DNA of 64,000 nucleotides from Eledone cirrhosa (lineage: Eukaryota): the NCBI GenBank assembly GCA_964016885.1, contig OZ024760.1, forward strand, positions 62,001-126,000, written 5' to 3'. Below are positions 1 to 14,503 of this stretch, piece after piece. The notes under the pieces are model-generated. The model was not told the origin of the DNA and did no database searches. It saw nothing but the letters and a program-made list of their open reading frames with translations. Both the position numbers and the translations under genes were made by a program. How positions within the stretch are numbered: position 1 is the first letter of the stretch; each line of letters starts with the position of its first letter.

Positions 1-434
1 CCCCTTCCCCCTTTCTTTCTTCTATTGCCTAATAGTCCTTGCTCTTTCCTTCCTTTTCCTCTCATTTATGGAATTTATAGTCCTTCCCTTTACTTTCCTT
101 TACAACCAGATTTCCCCTTCTTTACTTTTTCCCTTTTTTTTTCCTTTTGATTTTTTCACTTCTTAAATTTGCTTTTATCCTTTTTTAATATATTCATCAT
201 TGTAGAAATTCAATAATTTTTGTATGCTTGACTAAAAGGTGAAAGATGAAAAAAAAAAAATATTCCACACATAACTAGGGTGAATGATAACTAGAGTAGT
301 GACTATATAATAGACCCCTCATAGCCATTTGACTTAAGAGTGAAATAAAAAGGAGAGGAAAAAGGGAAAAAGTGCTATTCATTAAAGTATGAGCTTTCAT
401 GGTTGCGCAAATTGAAAAATGTTAAAGTCATACC

Positions 435-1162
435 CAGACCTGTCAAATTTTTCCATCTGACGGGGTGATCTCCCACCCACTTTGGGGTGGGTGAGAGATG
501 TTGTCTCTTGTGAAAATGGGTATAGCTTTTATTTATGTAAAATCTCTCCATTTTGCTTCATTTCTCCCCGTTTTGGGGCACTTATTTTCATGGTACTCTG
601 CGGTTGGGTTTTTAGAGGTTGGCAGGTCTGAATACACAAACACACACATATATATGTATGTATATATAAGAACCCTAGAGCAAATATTTATTAAAATAAA
701 GATCCCGTTAAGGGTGAAAGCAGCAATTCTTTGCTTAAACTTTAATATGTATATATATATATATATATACACACACAGACCTGTCAACTCTCCCCATCTG
801 ATGGGGAAATTTCTCACCCACTTTAGGGTGGGTGAGAGATGTCTTCTCTTGTGAAAATGGGTATAGCTTTCATTATGTAAAATCTCCCCAAGGGCAGTAT
901 CGGTAGAGGGTTGGATGCCATGCTTTCTAGCATAGTTACGTCCCTTTACGTTCTGAGTTCAAATCCCGCCGAGGTTAACTTTGCCTTTCATCCTTACGGG
1001 GTCGATAAAATAAAGTACCAGTAGTACTGGGTAATTGCTGGCCTTGTGCCAAAAGTAGAAACAATTATGTAAAATCTCCCCATTTTGCCTCATTTCTCCT
1101 TGTTTTAGGGCACCTTTTTCCATGGTAGTCCCCGTTTAGGTTTTTAGAGGTTGGTAGGTCTG
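435..1162. mobile_element. Two tandem copies of a ~195-bp TIR MITE (435-630, 776-1162)
   Basis: Termini cagacctgtcaa / ttgg(c/t)aggtctg; the second copy carries a SINE; catacc flanks the pair. Confidence 0.75.
891..1063 (+). mobile_element. tRNA-derived SINE family A
   Basis: A box ggcagtatcgg, B box gagttcaaatcc; 19-bp TSD attatgtaaaatctcccca (872-890 and 1064-1082). Confidence 0.9.
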
Positions 1163-2404
1163 CATACCAGTCGTGATAGGTATCCTGGGAACAGTAACTC
1201 ATAAATTTGATGATTGGATAAAGGAAATGGAAACTGACTGTGGACCTACAACATCACTCCAGAAAGCTTGCCTTTTGGGAACAGCATGACTCATTAGGAA
1301 AATTATGGACAATTGATGGAGACAAATTTAGTGATACCTAAGGCCGTGGTTGTGGTTTTCTATCACATAATGTCTGGGTATCTGGATTTTCAACTCCTTA
1401 TCTAAGAAAACAGTTCAATAATAATAATAGTGATAGTAATAGTGATAATGACTGTGGTAGTGCAGTGATTAATAAAACCATGCAGAATAACTGACCTGTT
1501 ATGGCTGATGGAAAAATTATGTAAGAGAGAAATATAATTTTTAAAATTTGTCCAAAAAAAAAAAGAATTATTCATTTGAACATAATTTTTTTTTACATCT
1601 TCCAATATATTTATTTTAGTTACTTATTTATTCAGCAGAAAATGGAGCCAACTCTGTACCCTGGATTTCATGAAACTTGAGACTAAATCTTGCAGCATGT
1701 AGCTTTGATCAAAGTCTTATTTATTGATTGATAACAACCAAGGCAATAAATAAGGTATGTCTTCTGATTCCTTCTCCTACTCATCATCATCATTGTCATT
1801 GTCACTCCATCCATCTCTTTTTCATGGTCAGGTTGACACATTCTGTGATTTGAGAGGTTGGATAACCACAGCCTGCTCATACATTCCAGTTTGGCATGGT
1901 TTCTAAGGCTGGATGCCTTTTCCTAATGCCAACCACTTTACAGTGTACACTGTGTGCATTTTATGGCACCAGCACTACCACTTTACAGAATAGAATGAGT
2001 GCTTTTTATTGCTTTTTACAGAGTGGGTTGGGTGCATTTTATCGTAGCACCAGAACTACAGCTTTACAACGTAAGTTGGGTGGGTTTTTTTAATCAGGGA
2101 ACCAACACTATCACTTTATGGAGTGGGCTGGGTGCATTTTATCATAATTTTTTTTACTGATGTTGTTTTCTAAATTATGACTATGGAGCTTTGTTTGTTA
2201 GTTAGACATTGGCTCAGTCATGAAAAGATAAATTCAAAGAAAAAAAATCAAGAGGCATTCCTTGAAAAAGAGAGGGAAAGAGACAGAGACATACCTAAAT
2301 CCTTGTACCTGTGTTCTGTTATAGATATCAGCCAATGAGGAGTTTTTATAGATCTTGTCCATCTGAAAAGGAAAACAACTAAAAGTCAGTTGAGAAAAGT
2401 ATAT

Positions 2405-2604
2405 ATGAGGGTCAGCTGTAAAGTTTATTGGTTGACCAAGATACTCTCATGGAATGACCAAATGGGGTTTATTTTTCAACATAGTCCCTGGAAAGAAACA
2501 CTGCAGTTATTAATAAAAGGAGCTGAAATTAGTGCATGCAAGATTTCACAGCTCTAGCATCACTCCATCATAGTAAGCCTATGAACTTTTCAGCCAACCC
2601 TTGT
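2405..2604. mobile_element. Mariner-type MITE
   Basis: Imperfect TIRs gagggtcagctgtaaagtt / aacttttcagccaaccctt. Confidence 0.6.
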
Positions 2605-2706
2605 TGGCATAGGAATTTGATTTATGATAAAGAAATTTAATTGCTGTGACTTGTAGAAAATCAAATGCATACACACACACATGTATGTATGGATATTATA
2701 TATATA

Positions 2707-3018
2707 TCATCACTATCATTTTATGTCTTTTTTTTCCTGCTTGCAAGGGTGGGATGGGTCCTATTCAGCACAGCATCTCTCCACTTGTCACGGTCCTTCG
2801 TCATCTCCTCTGTGAGCATCAGTGATCTGAGGTCCGCTCTCACCACCTCCGCCCATGTTTTTCGTGGTCTTCCTCTACTGCGTCTTCCTTCTACTGGCAT
2901 TTCTTGGCACTTTTTTACCCAGCAGTCATCCTCCATACTCATCACATGTCCATACCATCGCAGTCTTCTCTCTTACACACTACAACTTATCAGTTTCTCT
3001 CTCAACTCATCCACGCTT
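2707..3018 (-). mobile_element. RTE family B 3' fragment
   Basis: Reverse complement matches ~36960-37290 (EGRRSRGRPRKTW...TLAS). Confidence 0.9.
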
Positions 3019-3715
3019 GGTTGTTTATATCTATATAAAATGAACATCACTGTTTAGCGTCCATTTTTCCATGTTTGCATGGCTTAGGTGGGTCGTCCAT
3101 GTTGGGAGACAAGTCTGGCCAGAATTGGCCACACCATATCTAGCTCAGATGCCACTGTAAATTTGGCCAAGGATCTTACAGTTGGATTCCCTTCCTAACA
3201 CCAACCACATTTAGAGTGTGGAACTTGATGGCATTGTTATGATATATATAATATATATATATATTTATTAGTTAGAAAGTGAACAACACAATATATAACT
3301 ACTCCATTACCAAAGGTTTCTGGATCCTAGACAATATTAATATATGTCTGGATCGTTCATCAGGCAGAGATGTTATGGATAGAAAATATGAAATAAGATT
3401 TAAAATCTGTTAAAAATTGGAAGTGAGGCTGGAAAAATAATGGAAAATATACACGAGAAAATATATATAAAAGAGTAAGAAAAATAATATATAAAAATAT
3501 ATAGAAATATATAAAAGCATATGTGTATATACATATACATACACATACACACAATCAGATACAAGTGAAATATAATAGCTCTGTTCTATCAATAGAACAC
3601 TCATTTTCCCTTTGCTTTTTCTTTGGAATTACCTAACACACACACATATATATATATAAGTGCAATGCCCCAGCATGGCCTCAGCCGGATGGCTGGAACA
3701 GGTAAAAGAGTATAC

Positions 3716-3898
3716 ACAGTCAAATTCCATTATAACGAAATTCACGGGGTATAAAAAAAAATTTGTTGTAACAAAAAATTCTTTATTATGTGATCGACCT
3801 AACATATTGAGCATGTGGCTGGGGTTTAAAAAAAAAAAATTTTGTTATACTGAAAAATTTGTTAAAATGGTATTCATTATAATGGAATTTTACCTGTA
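3716..3898. mobile_element. Tc1/mariner-pogo-type MITE (also 47491-47671, partial 47976-48040)
   Basis: cagt(c/g)aaattcc... / ...gaattttacctgta termini at TA sites; multiple copies in the window. Confidence 0.7.
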
Positions 3899-4288
3899 TA
3901 CATATATATATATATATGCACATACATACTGTGAATACTCAGGACTTCATTATTACGAAGCAAATTTCTTAGCCCCTCAGCTATGATTGTCTTTGTAAAC
4001 ACATACACACACTAACAACTGTACATATTGAAATGACCCATACACACACACTCACACAACCACAGAAATTCACAGAAACTCTAACAAGCAAACACAAAAA
4101 AATAATAGTTTGACAAAAAAATTCAAACCTTGTCTTCAAATTCTTTGCTTTTTTTCTTTGCCTCTGGTGAAGACATATTATTAAGAGCAATATCATATGT
4201 TTCATTTAATGTTAAATTTCCTTGAATAATTGTTTGAACTGTAAAAATAAAAAAACAGACACACACATATATATATACATATACATAT

Positions 4289-4449
4289 ACAGTATTTCCC
4301 AGTGTCGAAGACGCTACTTTTTTCCTAAAATAAGTCTAAAAAATCTACCATGCCCTCTGGAGGCCGAAGGTTGTTTAGTATTTTTTGGTTGTCAAAATTA
4401 GGGTGCGTCCTCGAGAACAAAGCATCTTCAGCACCAGGAAATATGGTAT
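4289..4449. mobile_element. Tc1/mariner (Tc2-like) MITE
   Basis: TIRs cagtatttcccagtgtcgaaga / tcttcagcaccaggaaatatgg, flanked by TA. Confidence 0.6.
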
Positions 4450-4750
4450 ATATAATTAATACAAAAGGAAAATCAAGGCTGTTATTAAAATTCCATCTTT
4501 AATTTTTACAATTGTTTCTATGGAGTAGCTTGGTGATCAGAGAGTCACTCCAGTTAGAGCCACTACTTCTCTGAATTGAGAGATCATAGCTCCGATACTA
4601 TGGGCATGTATGAGTGCGATTAGCATTCAAACCGGCCATATCTGACCAGAATTCTCTCACCTCTTTCTGTTCAAACCGTAACCAACCACTCATACCAACT
4701 TTAATGGATTCTTCACAAAATGAATAACATCAAAATCTCATATATTCGAT

Positions 4751-4842
4751 ATTATGTAAGATAATTATGTAAGATAATTATATAAGATAATTGTGTAAGA
4801 TAATTATGTAAGATAATTGTGTAAGATAATTATGTAAGATAA
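4751..4842. repeat. 13-bp tandem repeat inside a MITE
   Basis: (attatgtaagata) x7. Confidence 0.9.
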
Positions 4843-6937
4843 AGCCTTTACCACAAAATTACAATAGTAAATATAGAGTAATGTAAATGCTAAAGGGTTA
4901 AATTAATTGATTATACTAGCACTACATTTATCTCCACAGAAACGTTTTCTTCACCCACTTATTCGTGAGAGGGTCATGGTGGCAGTGTCCTTAAACACTT
5001 CCCCCAGCAGGTCTTGTCAGAAGCAACCTTCTCCAACTGATCCAGCTGGATCCCCAAGCTTATGGATGTTATCCAACCATCTTGTTCGGAGTCAACCACT
5101 GGGTCTCCTACCTGTTGGTTTTACCTGTAATATCTGTCCAGTGATTCTTTCCTTCTAACAACATGCCCCCATAGTATCGGAGCTGTGATCTCTCAATTTA
5201 GAGAATTAGTGGCTCCACCTGGAGTGACTCTCCATTATAATTTTGTGTAAAAAGCTTTAAACCTTTAGCGTTTGAACCGGCCATATCCGGCCAGGATTCT
5301 CTCACCTCTTTCTGTTCAAACTGGCTATAACCAGCTGTTCATACTGATGTTAAGGTAGTGTTCTCAAAATAAATAATATCAAAAATCTCTTGGATCTGAT
5401 ATGTGAGATAAAGCCTTTACCGTAAGTGTTAAGGGTTAAGTTATGTTCCAAACACAAACTAAGTAACAAGAAAGTTATATTACGAAATCCTTCTAAATGT
5501 TTGATTATTTTCAAAATTATTTGAAAGCCATAGGCACTGTCTTTCATTAGAAATATGGTAACAAAAGGGTTAAAATTTGTGTCACAAATCAATAGATACA
5601 AACTTGTCTTTTCAATATAGCCTTTGTTTCTTATAAAAGGGATTTCTGTTTGAAGAAATAATTTTTCTTAAATTTTAACTAATTTTAATGGTACAGCTAT
5701 TGCTCCATTACCACTAGTAAAGGCTTTCATTTATATTCTATCTACCTAACTCAAATTATGCTCTAAACACTAGCTTAATAATAAATTGGTTATATTACTG
5801 AATTAGGTGGCGAATTGCCAGAGTCGTTAGAATGTCAGATAGAATGCTTTATGGTATTTATTTTGAATCTCAGCTCTCTCAATTGAAATCCCACTGAGGT
5901 CAACTTTGCCTTTCATCCATTCAAGGTCGATAAAAGAAGTACCAGTCTAGTACTGGTGTTGATTCTTCCTCTATATCTCTTTCTTACTTTGATTCTCTCA
6001 TTCTCTTTATCCTTCAGAATGTAAAGACTTTTATTTATTCAACAAATTTCAATTCGGTTATATAATGTTTGCAATAACAAAAAGAAAAAGAAAGAGGGAA
6101 AAAAATTAAATAACAAAAGTAAGGAAAAAGTTTAGGAAAAGGTTTAGGGGAGAAAGGCAATGCTTAAATAAAAGAAGAGAGGGAAAAAAACTGTGGAAAC
6201 TTAAGAAGGAATTCCAAACAGTATTCAGGGGATTAGAGAGGATTGGGCTCTGCCAGGTTTAAAAATGCCTTAGAAATGTTATATGTCAACATAGCACTCT
6301 CATTACTGAATCCAATCAAATTCCTAATTTTTTCTTAACAGAATTTGAAATTAAAAGGCTGTCTCTCAATATAAATTCGTTTTTTTTTAAAGCGATCAAC
6401 AAGATCCTAGATCTCATTCACTTACAGAGTTGGGTAGAACTCATTAAATCAAACCAAGGACAAATGTTTCCATTGATCTTTTCATTGCTAATAGTATCTG
6501 CTGGTTGCAACTCTTTGCAGAAAGAGCAATGTGAAATTAAATGTCTTGCTCATAGACATAATGCATCACCCGGTCCAGGAATCGGACTTGCAACCTCACA
6601 ATAGTGAATCCAATTCTCTAACTACTAAGCCACGTGCCTTCACACTGTAAATATGGTAATGGAAGGGTTACCATTTCATTTACGAATCTCAGCTTACTTT
6701 TAACCCGAAAGAACCATTTCATTTCTGAACTTAGTGATTCAATACTTACATATTTGACCCAGTGGAGCTTCTGAAAAATATAGGAAAATAAAACACTGAA
6801 AAACATGAAGAATATAGGAGAATAGAAAGGATATTTTTAAATGTAACCCAATATATGGCAAGGTACATAAATTATGGTGTATGTATATGCAACGGATTTG
6901 GATATGCTCAGATTCGGTTTCGAATCTTCGCCACCGT

Positions 6938-7190
<253 letters not shown>

Positions 7191-7637
7191 GTATATATTA
7201 TGTATGTAGATGTGTATGTATATATATATGTATGTATATATATATATATATATAGGTTTGTAGATGTGTATATATTGCCAATAACTTATTTTAGTTATTG
7301 TTCGCGCTAGCCTGAGGTATCTGGTCTTTAATGCGAAGAAATACCTATGATGGCTAGTAGACCACTGATGATGGATAGTCCTCGCTTCTATTTCTAATTC
7401 TTCATTTTAATTTGTATATCACATTTGCAACAACACAGCATGCCATTTTTCATTCCTATATATATACATACATTTATTTATATATATACACACATCATCA
7501 TCATCATCACTTTTTAACATCCATTTTCCACACTAGCATGGGTTAGATGAGTTGTCCCATTGTGAGACCAGTCAGATCAGCTGGCTGTCTTGGTCATATA
7601 TATATATATATATGTACACACAAACACACACATATAT

Positions 7638-7962
7638 CATCATCATCATCATTTTACATCCACTTTTCCCTGCTTGCAAGGGTGGGACAGGAACTGATTC
7701 TGGCTTGATTTCTACAGCTGGATGCCCTTCCTAACACTAACCTCATTTACAGTGAGTGTTGAATGCTTTTTTTCCGTGGCGCCTACACCTCCACTTTACA
7801 GTGTGGGCTGGGTGCTTTTTTGCCGTGGCACCTCCACGATCACTTTGCAATGGAATGATAGGGACCCTAGTCCAAGGAAACAACACATCACCCAGTCCGA
7901 GAATTGAACTCACAACCTTTCGATTGCAAGCCCAATGCTCTAACCACTAAGCCATGTGCCTT
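7638..7962 (-). mobile_element. SINE family B
   Basis: Homologous to 13871-14256, with an internal deletion. Confidence 0.85.
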
Positions 7963-8619
7963 CATATATATATACCTGCTGCAGACAACTGTATTATAGC
8001 AGTAATTTCTTTTACACTTACAGAGAGTGATCGGCTTCAGTCTCTCTCCATAGTTACTAAATCTGCTGATGAAGCTAACACAAAATATGGCCTGCATCTC
8101 TCAGCCACATTATTCGGCATGCTGCAAATTGCACTTTTTGAAGTTTACTGCTTTAGCAGAAACCCTGGATCTAGATGTACAAGTGCAATTACCACATTAT
8201 GGATATACACTCTCTTTGAGACACGTTTTCATGACATGTTCAAACTATTTCTCATTGAGTGAGTAATTGTGAGTAAACGGGTTTATAGCTAATACTAACT
8301 ATAACATCGTCTCTCTCTCTCTCTCAACTTTCTCTCTCTCTCTCGCTCTCTGTGTGTGTACATATATGTGTATATATATATGCATATATATATATATAGT
8401 GTGTGTTTATATGTGTATATATGTGTATATATGTATATATGTGTGTGTATATATGTGTATATATATATATGTATGTATATATATATGTGTGTATATATGT
8501 GTATATAAATATATATATATATATATATGTGTGCGTGTATATATGTGAATATATATATTTATGTGTGTATATGTACATATATGAATATATATATATATGT
8601 ATATAAAAAAAAAAGAAAA

Positions 8620-9451
8620 AATGAAAGGCAGGCTGTATGATGCCTGCATACGAACAGCAATGTTACATGGCAGTGAGACCTGGGCATTGTGTGCAGAGGA
8701 TATACGCAGACTGGAGAGAAACGAAGCTTGCATGCTCCGCTGGATGTGTAATAGTAATATACGTGAACGGCAAAGCATAAACGAACTAAGGGAGAAATTA
8801 GAAATAAGAGGGATCAGATGTTGTTTACTCGAGAGAAGGCTACGTTGGTATGGTCACGTGATGCGCATGAAAGACGACAGCTGTATAAAAAAGTGCAGGG
8901 CGATAAAAATAGACAGTAGCCATGGAGTAGGCAGACCCAGAAAAACCTGGGACGACTTGATAAATTCCGACCTCACACACTTACACCTCTTCAAGACAAT
9001 GTCACTGGACCGAGATCTTTGGGGCTACACAGTCATACAGAAGACCCGCCTTGCCTAAGTACAAAGCGAAACCTACAGTCAGTAGGCACCTCTAACAAAA
9101 TACCCCCCCCCCCAGTACCCCCCCCCCCCCAGTACCCCCCCCCCAGTACCCCCCCCCCCCTTAAATGTTGGTACCACAACATCCAGCCCGAAACAAATGA
9201 GGTCGTGTAGGTGTCACGACAAAAACACACACAGTCCACGCTGTAATGTGGCCGTGTAGGTAACACGGTAAAAACCTCCCAGTCCACACTGTAAATGTGG
9301 TTGGTGTTAGGAAGGGCATCCAGCCATAGAAAACCCGCCAGACAGTCCTATATGAGCAGGACAACAAATCTTGCCTCAGGTGGGAAACCTCCCGTCCAAA
9401 CCCATGCTAGCGTGGAATATGGACGTTAAACGATGATGATGATGATGATGT
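8620..9451 (+). mobile_element. RTE family A 3' fragment with 3' UTR
   Basis: [22 protein letters not shown]..., nearly identical to 17440-17877; same UTR and (gat)n tail. Confidence 0.9.
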
Positions 9452-10514
9452 ATATTAGAAAATAACAAAATAAGATGCTGAGGTTACATATATCGTTTAA
9501 TCATAATAATTATTTCTACGGTTCTCCATGCAATCGAGATGTCCTTCATGCATTTGCTGTTGATTATGAGAACGGTATCCTCAGATGAAAATCGAAATAT
9601 TTGATATGTCGCTGGCAGGAAAACACACATCCTAATGCCTGTGTGCCCAGCATACATATGAGTTCCTTGAAGGGTTTGCCAGCTGTTGTGTTTGCTAGAA
9701 AAAGCTATCAACGAAAAAAGACGAAAATAACGAAGAACTGTGTGCATCCAAAACTCAGTAGACAGTGGAAGTAATAAATGGGGCTCTGAGGGGGTGGGGT
9801 ATATATTTTGTTGACAACCACCTATCGACAACAACGACAACAACAATAACGATAATAACATTAAACCACACCGACCAATGTTTCCCACACTGGTTGCAAT
9901 AGTCGTGGTGATACCACCACCCTATTGACAACAACAACTAAAGCAACAGTTACAGTAAACACTTACAACGACAACAACAGCAAAAACACAGACCAGCATC
10001 GTGTACACAGGCTGTAGCCGTCGCAGTGACGGTACCACCCTGTCGACAATAAAAAGTGATAACGCCAAAGCAATAAAAAGGAGTTCAGAGGTAGGTGGGT
10101 ACACAGAGTTGGTGGTATCAATCACCATGATCATAAACAGTAACAACAACAATGGTAACGGCAACAAGCACCAACACCGCCCATCACCCACCCCGTTCGT
10201 TGTAGTAGTGGTGGTATCATCTATGTTAGTATTAAGCCATTGGTAACACCAACAACAACAACAACACCAGTGATGACCCCACCACGGTGACAGCGGCAAC
10301 AGGAAAAAGCCACATTTCCATTAAAAATAAACTAACCATAATAGTAGTCCGTTGAAACAAGGAAGTGAAAATGGGATAGAAACATAGATGGGTATTTATA
10401 TATATAAACAAATACATTCACAGTTAATACAGTCCTCTCTATCATTGTAAGGCACAAGGCTAGCAATAATTATAGCATTCAGTCCCAACTACAGTGGCAA
10501 CAATACTGTTAAAA

Positions 10515-10705
10515 GGGCGGTGAATTGGCAGTATCGGTAGAGGGTCAGACGCCATGCTTTCCAGCATAGTTACACCCCTTTACGGTCTGAGTTCAAATCC
10601 CGCCGAGGTTAACTTTTCCTTTCATCCTTACGGGGTCGATAAAATATAGTACCAGTAATGTACTGGGTAATTTGCTGGCCTTGTGCCAAAAGTAGAAACA
10701 ACTAT
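10515..10705 (+). mobile_element. SINE family A, full length
   Basis: Same sequence; flanking actgttaaaagggc / actattaaaagggc. Other diverged or partial copies at ~5806-5958, 12843-12905, 31260-31322, 46505-46572 and 61880-61986. Confidence 0.9.
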
Positions 10706-12258
10706 TAAAAGGGCTGTTAGGCCATGGAAGAGAGTTACGGGAAGCGGGAAGCAAAAGTAGGGACAGGAACAAGCAGATAAGAAACAAGAACACATATATA
10801 TATATATACTGGTTCTAATCTAGGTCACAATGGGTAATATCTTTCCACCTTGCAGGAGAAACAGCAACAAAAACAGAAGCTGAACAAAGTATTTCTCTTT
10901 TTCTTTGTCTTTCTCCCTTTCTCTCACTCCTTCTCTCTCAGTTTCACTCTCCTCCTCCGTTTCTTTCTCTGACTGTTGGTTATTTCTCACTTGTTACTCA
11001 TTCATTTTGTTGTTGTTGCTGTTCTTTAGTCCTTTATGCTTCAGTGAATCAGGACAACAATGTTTGACATGAATTAAATTTGAACCTTCCTACCAGGATG
11101 TGATATTATTGTCATTGGTCTATGAACCACAGCCAATAGCACACCATCACAATCACCATCATCTTCTTCTACAATCAACTAATACCTCTAACTACTTAGC
11201 GTTTCAATTAGTTTTGAAAAGACTTGGTCATAGTGAGGAATTTAGTAAATTAGCAGTAAGGAAAAAAAATCACTATTAAATCAGTCACACACCAGGTCCT
11301 CTGTGGGAACGCCTTCTCCATCCTGTCCGCCAGGATTCTATATTTAGGTTTCCCCCTAGTTATTGTTTAGCCATTAGTCGCCACTCGGTATTCATTTATT
11401 ACCACCCTATATACTACTTTGGTCTAGACATAGAGGAACCAAAGTCCCACTGTCACTGCCTCAGTCTCTCCAGTCCTCCCTATCTCTCACTATTATGAGC
11501 AAATGGGGCCCCACACGATGACTGACCTGCGACCCCCACATACAGAATATAGAAGTCGTTTCCCCAGAGGATGGTGAGGGAGATATGCTGGAAGAGTCAT
11601 TCCAACTCGCAAGGTTTACTCCTGTGGCTAGCCAGCTCTGCGCCGATGGTGGTGAGTAAGGAGGGAGGTCGCCCTAGAACGAAGGACACCAGAGGCCTCC
11701 ACTGCTACGGGATCTACCTCAAACCTGTTGGAGAGCGACTGATATTTGAAGAGTTTATCCTCCTCAGCCTGAAGTGCAGCAGAGCCTGGGTTAGTCGCAG
11801 ACTGCACCAGGTTGCCATTGAAGAATGTGTCGCAGCATGTGACATACCAGATGAGGGGTTTACCACTGCAGAACGGGAAGATATTTAGAATATTACTTAA
11901 GAAAAATTTCTAAAATAGAATTATGATGATATAAAGATAAATATTTTCAAGCAAGCAATTTTATATCAGAAATCCAAGGCAGTTTCAGGCAGTTTAGTAT
12001 TTCAAGGATGAACCATAAACCAATGAATGAGCCTCTTTGCACAATCACTTAACTCGCTAGATTTAGCAGTCACAAATCATTTTAGAAGGAGAATACAGAT
12101 TTTATAATATACTCTTGGGTCTCGAATAGTCATCCCCCCCCCCCCTGCCCCTTCCACCTTGCTTATTAAATTTTGCTAATCTATCTCCAGCGAAATTTTA
12201 TTGTAAGTGGTAGCATTCTTGCGACAATTAATTTTCTTTAGACAGTAAAAAACATTAT

Positions 12259-12340
12259 ATTGGGTCGTCAAGTATGGAATTTGTAGAAATTTGTTTTTTT
12301 TCTACAAATTTCTACAAATTTCATACTTTACAGCCCAATA
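12259..12340. mobile_element. ~80-bp palindromic mariner-type mini-MITE (second copy 20943-21019)
   Basis: ttgggtcgtcaagtatgaaatttgtagaaa arms with almost no spacer; TA flanks. Confidence 0.7.
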
Positions 12341-12909
12341 CATGACAAAAACAAAAGAAATTATCATTTCAAGAAATCTCATACGTTATAAAATAAATAG
12401 GGGTTGGGGTCTCAATATGTAAACTAAATGACTCATTCTGGTTTTTAAAAAAAGTAAAAAATTGCCGATTTTCCACCCTTCCTCACCCCACTTATTCCAC
12501 CCCATCCTACCTCACTCCTATTATGTGGGGACCCGAGAATTGTCCTAGAGTCTGCTTTATTATGATTAATCTGATACTAAACAACAACAACAACAACAGT
12601 GGGCCCCCTTCCTCACCAGCTCTACTGCCACCACTGCCAATGGCATACATGTCCTACCACCGCCAGAAATACCTATGTCACGATTTTCAGTTATCTTTTT
12701 CTAATACACACATTTTAATTAGATTTCTCTCAGATGACATACATAAATACATATATATATACATAAATACATATATATACATACATACATACACATAAAT
12801 ACATACATACGAAATTTAGCACATAAATTATGTAATATTCATAGGGCGGTGGATTAGCAGTGTCGGTAGAGGGTCGGACGCCATGCTTTGACGGATAGAG
12901 TTACGGCCC

Positions 12910-13670
12910 TTGCCATGTGGGATGGGTCCTATTCAGCACAGCATCTCTCCACTTGTCACGGTCCTTCGTCATCTCCACCGTGAGCTTCAGCGATCTGAGG
13001 TTTGCTCTCACCACCTCCGCCCATGTTTTTTGTGGTCGTCCTCTACTGCATCTTCCTTCAACTGGCATTTCTTGGCACTTCTTTACCCAGCAGTCATCCT
13101 CCATGCGCATCACATGTCCATACCATCGCAGTTTTCTCTCCCTCACACTACAACTTATCCCTCTTAAACACAGTTTCTCTCTCAACACATCCATGCTCGG
13201 TCGTTCACGTACATTGACATTGCACATCCAACAGAGCATGCTTGCTTCATTTCTCTCCAGTCGTCGCATATCCTCTGCAGTTGCTGCCCATGTCTCACTA
13301 CCATGCAGCATCGCGCACCTCACACAGGCATCATATAACCGTATGCAGGGAGAAACCCTCCTTCGTCAGCAGAGGAAGCAGTTCCCTAAACTTCTTCTAA
13401 CCCGTCCTTATTCTAGATACTATGACCTTGGAACACCCCCCCCCCTCCCATGCTAATCTGATCACCTAGTACCAATTACTATAGAACCTACCTACATTCG
13501 AAAAATGTGTCTATCAATGTAACTTCTACTGTCAAATTTCCCTGTACATCTACTGCATACGTATTTTCCCTACCTGTTAGTTTGCCTGCTATCCCACTAC
13601 ATCTCTTGTGCACCCAAGATCTGCATTGTGTACATTTTATAGAATTTATGCATATCCTTTTCTGCATATA
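12910..13670 (-). mobile_element. RTE family B 3' fragment with small deletions
   Basis: [23 protein letters not shown] and part of the PHD region (CTQCRSWVHKRC); tail missing. Confidence 0.9.
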
Positions 13671-13870
13671 TATTACTCTTTTACCTGTTCCAGCCATATT
13701 TTTTTTTTTTTACTTGGACACCCTTTATTTCTGATTCTCCTTTGTGATCCTGTCTCTATTTTGTACTCATGAAGAAGGGCCTAAAGCCGAGATGTTGAAC
13801 TTTCTTTCCTCCTTTCCATATAAACCGCGAAATTAATAAGACATTTTGCATCTCTGTTGAACTATATATA

Positions 13871-14256
13871 TCATCATCATCATCATTTTACGTCCACTTT
13901 TCCCTGCTTGCAAGGGTGGGACAGGAACTGATTCTGGCTTGATTTCTACAGCTGGATGCCCTTCCTAACACCAACCCCATTTACAGTGAGTGCTGGGTGC
14001 TTTTTTCCGTGGCGCCTACACGACCACTTTACAGTGTGTGCTGGGTGCTTTTTTGCTGTGGCACCTCCATGACCACTTTGCAGTGGGATGATAAGGACCC
14101 CAGTCCCTATCATCTCATTTCTACAGCTGAGTAAACTGGAGCAATGTGAAAAATAAAGTGTCTTGCGCAAGGAAACAACACATCACCCGGTCCGAGAATT
14201 GAACTCACAACCTTTCGATTGCAAGGCCAATGCTCTAACCACTAAGCCATGTGCCT
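13871..14256 (-). mobile_element. tRNA-derived SINE family B (CORE-like middle) with RTE-B tail
   Basis: Head ggcacatggcttagtggttagagc...gagttcaattc; middle ccttgcgcaagacacttt; 3' end cccacccttgcaagcagggaaaagtggacgtaaa(atg)n. Confidence 0.9.
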
Positions 14257-14466
14257 ATATATATATATACGTGTAACCCATGCTAGTGTGTAAAATGATG
14301 ATGATAATATATATACTCATTTCTTTGAGAGTTCTAAACCCCACTATCAGGCTAAAATTTCTTTAGTCAAAAATATGGCAAAAGCTTCTATTTCTAATTA
14401 TATATATATATATATAATTTTGTCAACTCTTATTAATAGTCAGTCCACTTCTCTCTATCATATACG

Positions 14467-14503
<37 letters not shown>

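Noticed and set aside
7305-7390. CTGATGA followed by a small hairpin
   Set aside because: No GAAA/stem III follows, so not called a hammerhead. Likewise the half motif at ~4505 and the weak one at ~53750.
7954-8266. Unique-looking ORFs, possible exon (also 30897-31136, 45298-45910, 11571-11888)
   Set aside because: No recognisable domain or consistent splice sites; 11.8 kb and 45.8 kb share sequence, suggesting an old repeat.
12917-13456. Long ORFs antisense to RTE ORF2 (also 16659-17279, 25324-25824, 36695-37243)
   Set aside because: Shadow frames of the LINE coding strand.
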